Assembly (NCBI GenBank): GCA_963713825.1
Contig: CAVQNG010000014.1
Location: forward strand, 1-64,000
DNA from: an uncultured Acidobacteriota bacterium
GTDB taxonomy: Bacteria; Acidobacteriota; Thermoanaerobaculia; Multivoradales; JAHEKO01
DNA length: 64,000 nucleotides
Direction of reading: 5' to 3'
This document shows positions 58,137 through 64,000 of the stretch, one piece after another. Position 1 is the first letter of the stretch; each line of letters begins with the position of its first letter. The notes under the pieces are model-generated. The model saw only the letters and a program-made list of their open reading frames with translations. It ran no database searches and was not told the DNA's origin. The translations under genes were made by a program, and so were the position numbers.

Positions 58137-59330
58137 ATGAGGTTTCTTGCATCCGGAATGCGACTCCTGCTCGTGCTTTGCCTATTGCTGTCGCTAGGAC
58201 TCACGACTGCCTGCAACCGGTCGGACGATGCTGGCGGCGGCGACGAAACCGAGGCGGTGGACGGCGACTCGGACTCGAACGAGGACCGGGACTCCAAGAA
58301 GAGCAAGAAGAAGGACAAGAACGGCGAAGAAGAGGAGGGTGACGAGGAAGAGGCCGTACCGATCGAGGTGGTCGCCCTGGAGCGCGGCAAGATCGAGTCG
58401 CTGCTGCGTTTCTCGACGAATCTAGAGGCCGAGAACGAGGTCCAGGTCTTCTCCGAAGCCGAGCGCAAGGTCACTCGACTGCTGGTAGAGGAGGGTGACG
58501 ATGTCAAGAAGGGCCAACTGCTCGTCAGCCTTCAGGATGAAGCTCAGCGCACCGAGGTGGCGCGGGTAGAAAGTCAGCTTGCCAAGGCCAAACGGGAATA
58601 CGAGCGGCAGACCAACCTGTGGGAGCAGAAGCTGATCAGCGAAGAGACCTATACCGAAGCGACCCATACTCTGGAGCAGCTGGAACTGGCTCTGCGGGAC
58701 GCCAAGCGAGAACTCGCCTATACAGAAGTGAGAGCCCCGATCAAGGGAACGATTACCGAGCGGTTCGTAAACGTCGGCGACCAGGTGACGGTCAATCAGC
58801 ATCTGTTCGATATCGTCGATTTCGATTCCATCGTCGCCCGGGTGTACGTACCCGAGAAGGAGCTGCATCGACTGAAGCCGGGCCAGGTGGCACGTCTTTT
58901 TGCCGAGGCTGCGGGGGCCGAAGCGCGAGCCGGGGCGGTCGACCGCCTGGCTCCTCGAGTCGATCCCAAGAGTGGCACGGTCAAGGTAACCGTGGCGATC
59001 CCACGCGGTGAGAATCTTCTTCCTGGCATGTACGTCACTGTCGAGCTCATCACCGAGGTTCATGAGGACGCCGTGTTGGTGCCCAAGAAAGCCTTGGTCT
59101 ACGACGCCGACCAGATCTTCGTGTTTCGCATGAAAGACGACGAGACCGTAGAGAGACTGCTGATCCAGGCTGCCCTTCAGGACAGGGACAACATCGAGCC
59201 GGCCGGCATCCTCGAAGCCGGCGACCGAGTGGTCGTCGGCGGCCAGTCGAGCCTCAAGGATGGCTCGATGGTGAGGCTGGTCGGAGCCGACCGACCGGAA
59301 GAAGAAGGTGCGGAAGAGGAGGCTAGCTAG
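58137..59330 (+). CDS. RND efflux periplasmic adaptor (membrane fusion protein), lipoprotein-like
   Basis: LTTAC lipobox, VEEGDDVKKGQLL, VRAPIKGTI, LLPGM, VPKKAL. Confidence 0.92.
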   Translation: MRFLASGMRLLLVLCLLLSLGLTTACNRSDDAGGGDETEAVDGDSDSNEDRDSKKSKKKDKNGEEEEGDEEEAVPIEVVALERGKIESLLRFSTNLEAENEVQVFSEAERKVTRLLVEEGDDVKKGQLLVSLQDEAQRTEVARVESQLAKAKREYERQTNLWEQKLISEETYTEATHTLEQLELALRDAKRELAYTEVRAPIKGTITERFVNVGDQVTVNQHLFDIVDFDSIVARVYVPEKELHRLKPGQVARLFAEAAGAEARAGAVDRLAPRVDPKSGTVKVTVAIPRGENLLPGMYVTVELITEVHEDAVLVPKKALVYDADQIFVFRMKDDETVERLLIQAALQDRDNIEPAGILEAGDRVVVGGQSSLKDGSMVRLVGADRPEEEGAEEEAS

Positions 59331-59340
59331 AAAGAATGCA

Positions 59341-59468
59341 ATGAGGCATTGAGGCAGTGGGGCAGTGAGGCCACGCAAGCTTGAAGCGGCCGGCGCCCCT
59401 GCCGGCCAGACCCCGCAATCTCCATGCCCCTACACCCCCTAAGCCCTTAAGCCCCTAGGCCCCTACGC
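59341..59468. repeat. Opposed 8-mer microsatellite tracts
   Basis: ATGAGGCA TTGAGGCA GTGGGGCA GTGAGGCC (59341-59372) and CCCTAAGC CCTTAAGC CCCTAGGC CCCTACGC (59437-59468), with a small GGCCGGC hairpin between. Confidence 0.7.
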
Positions 59469-59470
59469 CC

Positions 59471-62400
59471 ATGACCACCACCGACACCACCAGAACCACC
59501 AACTCCAGCGGCCTTTCCACCTTCACCACGCGACGGCCGGTGGCCATCACCATGGTCTTCGTGGCGGCGGTCGTTTTCGGCTACTTTTCCTACGGTCGGC
59601 TGCCGGTCAACCTCATGCCGGAGCTGTCCTATCCCACGATCACGGTGCGCACGGAGTACCCGGGCACAGCGCCGGAGGAGGTGGAGAATGACATCAGTCG
59701 CCCGGTGGAAGAAGCCCTGGGTGTGGTCGGCGGGCTGCGGCGCATCAGCTCGATTAGCCGCGCCGGAGTGAGTGACGTCGTCCTGGAGTTCACCTGGAAT
59801 ACCTCCATGTCCGAGGCGATCCAGGACTCCCTGGAAAAACTGGACCTGATTCTCTTGCCGCAAGAGACCGAGAGGCCCCTGATCCTGCGGTTCGATCCCT
59901 CGCTGGATCCGGTCATGGAGCTCAGTCTCTCGGGCAGCGGCAATCGCTTCGAAGGTGAGGAGGGCCTGCGGCGCCTACGGCGCATCGCGGATCTGCAGAT
60001 CAAGCGATCCCTGGAACCGATCAAGGGCGTGGCGGCAGTCCGAGTCCGCGGTGGCCTGGAAGAGGAGATCCACGTCCTACTGGACGAGGTGGAGCTGCGT
60101 CGGACGGGCCTGTCGATCCAAACGGTCATCGACCGCCTGGCACAGGAGAACATCAACCTTGCCGGTGGAACCTTGACCGAGGGGCGCACCGAATACATGG
60201 TTCGTACCCTGAACGAGTACGAGAACCTGGGGCAGATCTCCGACACGGTGGTGGCCCGCTACGAGGGCCGGGAAGTCCGCGTGCGAGACATCGGTACCGT
60301 CGTCAGGGCGCACAAGGAGCGTGAGATCCTGACGCGCACCAACGGGATGGAGAGTGTCCAGCTCGACATCTTCAAGGAAGCCGATGCCAATATCGTGGCG
60401 CTGGCGAAGCGGGTGACGGAGGCGCTCGGCGAGTTCGATCTCGAGAAGGCGAAGCTGGAAGCCGAGCAAAAGGCGCAAGGCCAAGAGCAGGAAGACGAGA
60501 AAGAGACCGATAAAGAGGCCGGCTGGTGGCAAAAGAAGGGCAAGAAGAAACCGCCACCGCCGCCGGGGCTGATCGAGCAGGCCTGGCTCAACGAGGGGGC
60601 CGAGCTGACGCTGGTGGCTGACCGCTCGCTGTTCATCGAAAGCAGCATCAAGGAGGTCCGTAATACTGCGATCATCGGTGGGATGCTGGCCGTGTTGGTG
60701 CTCTTTCTTTTCCTCAAGGACCTGCGGACGACCGCCATCATCGCCATCAGCATCCCCATTTCCCTGTTGGTGACCTTCGCCCCGCTCAACATGCTCGGCG
60801 TGAGCCTCAACATCATGTCGCTGGGTGGCCTTGCGCTGGGCATCGGCATGTTGGTCGACTCCTCGATCGTGGTACTGGAGTCCATCTTCCGGTGCCGCGA
60901 GGAAGGCGACGATCTAGAGACAGCTGCCAACAGGGGAACCTCCGAGGTACGAGGCGCGGTCGTCGCCTCGACGCTCACGACCATTGCAGTCTTCTTCCCG
61001 ATGGTCTTCGTGGAGGGTGTTGCTGGGCAGGCTTTCGGCGATCTCGGCTTGGCGGTGGTGATCTCGTTGCTGGCTTCACTGGTTGTCGCTCTTTTCCTGA
61101 TTCCGATGCTGGCCAGCCGCGAAGGCCTGCAATGGACCGAGACCAAGCCTCTCGAGACCCACTGGAGAGAATTTGGGGCCTGGCTCTCCCTGAAGAACGA
61201 TTGGCAACGATTCCGCGCTGCAGGTGCCAAGCCGCGAGGCGCGGTGCGCAAAGTGCTTCGCTGGCTTGCTTATCCCCTGGCGGTTCTTTATCTGCTCTTG
61301 CGCTTTGTGATCGGAGCGGTTCTGGAGGTCATCGGAAAGACGAGTCTGGCCTTCTTTTTCGGCTTGATCTGGCTGGTTCGCAAAGTGATCGCTGCCGCCC
61401 TGGGAGCCGTCTTCGGTGGTCTGGTCTATCTGCCGGTCAAGCTGATGGATACTGCGCTGGAGGGCCTGCGCAGATGGTACCCAGGGGCTCTGAAATGGGC
61501 TCTGCACAACCCCATAACCATGTTCATCCTGGTGTTGGCCTCGCTGGCTGCGACGGTCTGGTTCGCTACCTCGCTTGGTACCGAGCTCCTACCGGAGGTT
61601 CGTCAGGGTGAGTTCACGGTCGAGGTCCAACTCCCTGTCGGGACTCCCATCGAAGCCACAGAAGAGATCGTCACGCCGATCGAAAAGGCGATTCTCGAGG
61701 AGAAGAAGTACATCGAGTCGCTGATGCTCACCGTGGGCTACGATGCGGCCTACTCGAATCGCTCTGACGAAGGGGAGCACACCGCGCGCTTCAAGATCCT
61801 GCTGGAACGGGCTGATCTGCGTCTCGAAGACGAGGTGATCCGTCGATTGCGAGCTCGGTTCGCGGAGATTCCGGACCTCGATGCCCGGGTGACGCGACCG
61901 GTGCTGTTCAGCTTCAAGTCACCCATCGAAGTCGAAGTTCACAGCGACGATCTGGTGCTGCTGCGACAGCAGGCCGGCAGGGCCAAGGAGACCATGGCGG
62001 CGATGCCGCAGCTGGCGGATGTCGAGACGACCCAACGGCGTGGTGCGCCAGAGGTCCAGGTTGTCTACAACCGGGACCTACTCTCCCGCTACGACCTGAA
62101 TCTCTCGCAGGTCGCTCGCTTGGTGAGAGACAAGGTGCAAGGGTTCGAGGCCACCCGCTTCAATCTCAAGGATCGCCGCATCCCCATCGTGGTGCGACTG
62201 AAGATGGAAGACAGGGAGACAGTCGAGGAGGTGGAGGGCATGATCGTCAATCCGGGAGGGGATCGGCCGATTCCCCTTTCGGCGGTGGCGACAGTAGAGC
62301 TCGCCGAAGGCCCGAGTGAAGTGCGCCGCATCGACGGACGTCGCGTCGCTCTGGTGACCGCGAATATTGCTCAGGGTTCGTTGGGTGGGGCCGTCGGGGC

Positions 62401-63073
62401 GATCAATGACGAGCTGAGCAGCATCAGTTGGCCCACCGGTACGACTTTCTTCATCTCCGGGCAGAACGAGGAATGGGAGCGTAGCCGGGGGAGCCTGGTG
62501 CTGGCTCTCGCGCTGTCGGTCTTTCTCGTTTACGTGATCATGGCGGCACAGTTCGAGTCCCTGTGGCAGCCCTTGGTGATTTTGTTCACGATTCCACTGG
62601 CCTTCTTTGGCACCATGATGACTCTCTATCTTCTGGGGATCAGCCTGTCGATCGTAGTCTTTCTCGGCATGATCATGCTGGCGGGGATCGTGGTCAACAA
62701 CGCCATCGTGTTGGTGGACTACATCAACGTCCTCCGAGGTCGTGGCATGGAGCTCATCGAGGCGGTCGTTACTGCCGGCTCCGTGCGGCTGCGTCCGATT
62801 CTCATGACGACTGCGACGACGACTCTCGGACTATTGCCGATGGCGTTGGGTCTTGGCGATGGTGCAGAGTTGCGGACTCCGATGGCGGTCACTGTGATCA
62901 GCGGACTGTTGATTTCGACCCTCTTGACTTTGTTCATCATCCCGTCGATCTACGCTCAGGTGAGTCGATTGCGGGGTCGCTTGATGGGCGAGGAAGTGTT
63001 TGAGAGCCAACCTGGGCGGTCGGTTGTGGGTGATGTGGCAGCGGCGGACGCTGCTTCCTTCGAGAGCGGCTAA
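59471..63073 (+). CDS. RND efflux permease (AcrB/MdtB-like)
   Basis: RPVAITM, YPGTAPEEVE, GMLVDSSIVVLESI, GIVVNNAIVLVD, RLRPILMTTATT. Confidence 0.95.
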   Translation: MTTTDTTRTTNSSGLSTFTTRRPVAITMVFVAAVVFGYFSYGRLPVNLMPELSYPTITVRTEYPGTAPEEVENDISRPVEEALGVVGGLRRISSISRAGVSDVVLEFTWNTSMSEAIQDSLEKLDLILLPQETERPLILRFDPSLDPVMELSLSGSGNRFEGEEGLRRLRRIADLQIKRSLEPIKGVAAVRVRGGLEEEIHVLLDEVELRRTGLSIQTVIDRLAQENINLAGGTLTEGRTEYMVRTLNEYENLGQISDTVVARYEGREVRVRDIGTVVRAHKEREILTRTNGMESVQLDIFKEADANIVALAKRVTEALGEFDLEKAKLEAEQKAQGQEQEDEKETDKEAGWWQKKGKKKPPPPPGLIEQAWLNEGAELTLVADRSLFIESSIKEVRNTAIIGGMLAVLVLFLFLKDLRTTAIIAISIPISLLVTFAPLNMLGVSLNIMSLGGLALGIGMLVDSSIVVLESIFRCREEGDDLETAANRGTSEVRGAVVASTLTTIAVFFPMVFVEGVAGQAFGDLGLAVVISLLASLVVALFLIPMLASREGLQWTETKPLETHWREFGAWLSLKNDWQRFRAAGAKPRGAVRKVLRWLAYPLAVLYLLLRFVIGAVLEVIGKTSLAFFFGLIWLVRKVIAAALGAVFGGLVYLPVKLMDTALEGLRRWYPGALKWALHNPITMFILVLASLAATVWFATSLGTELLPEVRQGEFTVEVQLPVGTPIEATEEIVTPIEKAILEEKKYIESLMLTVGYDAAYSNRSDEGEHTARFKILLERADLRLEDEVIRRLRARFAEIPDLDARVTRPVLFSFKSPIEVEVHSDDLVLLRQQAGRAKETMAAMPQLADVETTQRRGAPEVQVVYNRDLLSRYDLNLSQVARLVRDKVQGFEATRFNLKDRRIPIVVRLKMEDRETVEEVEGMIVNPGGDRPIPLSAVATVELAEGPSEVRRIDGRRVALVTANIAQGSLGGAVGAINDELSSISWPTGTTFFISGQNEEWERSRGSLVLALALSVFLVYVIMAAQFESLWQPLVILFTIPLAFFGTMMTLYLLGISLSIVVFLGMIMLAGIVVNNAIVLVDYINVLRGRGMELIEAVVTAGSVRLRPILMTTATTTLGLLPMALGLGDGAELRTPMAVTVISGLLISTLLTLFIIPSIYAQVSRLRGRLMGEEVFESQPGRSVVGDVAAADAASFESG

Positions 63074-63097
63074 AACCAGGACAGCGAGGAGTCAGGC

Positions 63098-64000
63098 ATG
63101 GACAGCAAGGATCCCACCGAGACCGTCGCCACCGAGACGACTGCTCAGGAATCACGCCTGCCCCAATTCTCCCTGGACCGTCGCATCACGGTCCTCATGA
63201 TCCTGCTGACCATGATCGTTCTGGGGACGGTGGCTACGATCAGCATTCCTATCGAGCTCCTCCCATCGGGCTTCGCCGGCCCTCACTTGAGCGTGCGGGT
63301 GCCATGGCGTGAAGCCCCATCGCAAGAAGTTCTCGACAAGATCGTTCTCCCGCTCGAGGAAGAGCTCTCCACAGTCGCCGGTATCGATCAGTTGAACTCC
63401 TATGCGCGAACGGGCTTCGCCATGTGCAACCTGATGTTCAAGCAGGGCACGGACATGGACGTGGCCTACCGGGAGGTGCGGGACCGAGTCGAGCGCGCCA
63501 GGATCCAGATGCCCGACGATGTGGAGCAGGTCTTTGTCTACAAAGACGACGCTTCAGGCATCCCCATCTTCTTCCTGGGCCTGGCCATCGATCCGGCAGT
63601 CGTGGACGTTTACAACCTGGTTCAGGACGAGATCGTTCTTCGCCTGCAGCGCGTCGAGGGCGTGGCCTCTGTCGATGCCCACGGCCTGGAAGAGAAGGAG
63701 ATCCTGATCGAGCTCGACCGGGAGCGGACCTCGGCCGCGGGACTGAACATCTACGAGCTCGCACAGCAGCTATCCGGCGATAACTTCACACTCTCCAGCG
63801 GCACGGTGTACCAAGGATCCAAGAAGCTACTTTTGCGATCGGTGGCTCGCTACCACAACCTCGAAGAACTGGAGAATCGCCTCGTAGCAGACAACGTGCG
63901 GCTGCGAGACATCGCCACGGTCACCTACGATCTGCCCGAGAAGACCTATCGGGTAAGAGCGATGAGCCGGCCCGCAGTGGCGCTGGGCATCAACAAGGAG
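63098..64000 (+). CDS. Second RND efflux permease (3'-truncated by window end)
   Basis: ATG 63098 after GAGGAG; reads MDSKDP...FSLDRRITVLMILL...IPIELLPSGF...PLEEELSTVAGI..., open to the end of the window. Confidence 0.88.
   Translation, partial: MDSKDPTETVATETTAQESRLPQFSLDRRITVLMILLTMIVLGTVATISIPIELLPSGFAGPHLSVRVPWREAPSQEVLDKIVLPLEEELSTVAGIDQLNSYARTGFAMCNLMFKQGTDMDVAYREVRDRVERARIQMPDDVEQVFVYKDDASGIPIFFLGLAIDPAVVDVYNLVQDEIVLRLQRVEGVASVDAHGLEEKEILIELDRERTSAAGLNIYELAQQLSGDNFTLSSGTVYQGSKKLLLRSVARYHNLEELENRLVADNVRLRDIATVTYDLPEKTYRVRAMSRPAVALGINKE

Overview
GC-rich bacterial DNA (roughly 60-65% GC by inspection). The gene content (Oar-type TonB receptor, CRTAC1/FG-GAP + TPR, sulfatase-like + TPR proteins, many secreted peptidases) suggests Acidobacteriota; this is an inference. 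Layout: (1) 3' end of an MttB-family methyltransferase and a SolA/sarcosine-oxidase-like gene. (2) A 9.4-kb signalling cassette: c-di-GMP-I riboswitch > secreted beta-propeller protein; second c-di-GMP-I riboswitch > atypical ECF sigma, membrane zinc-finger anti-sigma, signal-peptide-bearing TPR-CHAT (caspase-like) protease and a secreted Fn3/propeller/Cys-knot protein. The 9-mer GTGTCCGTG recurs upstream of three of these genes. (3) CRTAC1/TPR, M14 peptidase and Thr-type sulfatase-like/TPR genes. (4) A GcvT-like + 2x COG1233 + metV + metF one-carbon operon. (5) A ~27-kb TonB-receptor-led amine/amino-acid/peptide catabolic region. (6) An RND efflux operon, truncated at the window end. Three copies of an unrecognised ~180-nt structured repeat, with nested ~25-30-bp inverted arms and 7/8-mer microsatellites, lie in intergenic gaps. 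Several genes carry 1-2-nt indels that look like long-read assembly errors. No rRNA, tRNA, transposase or bona fide CRISPR array was seen.
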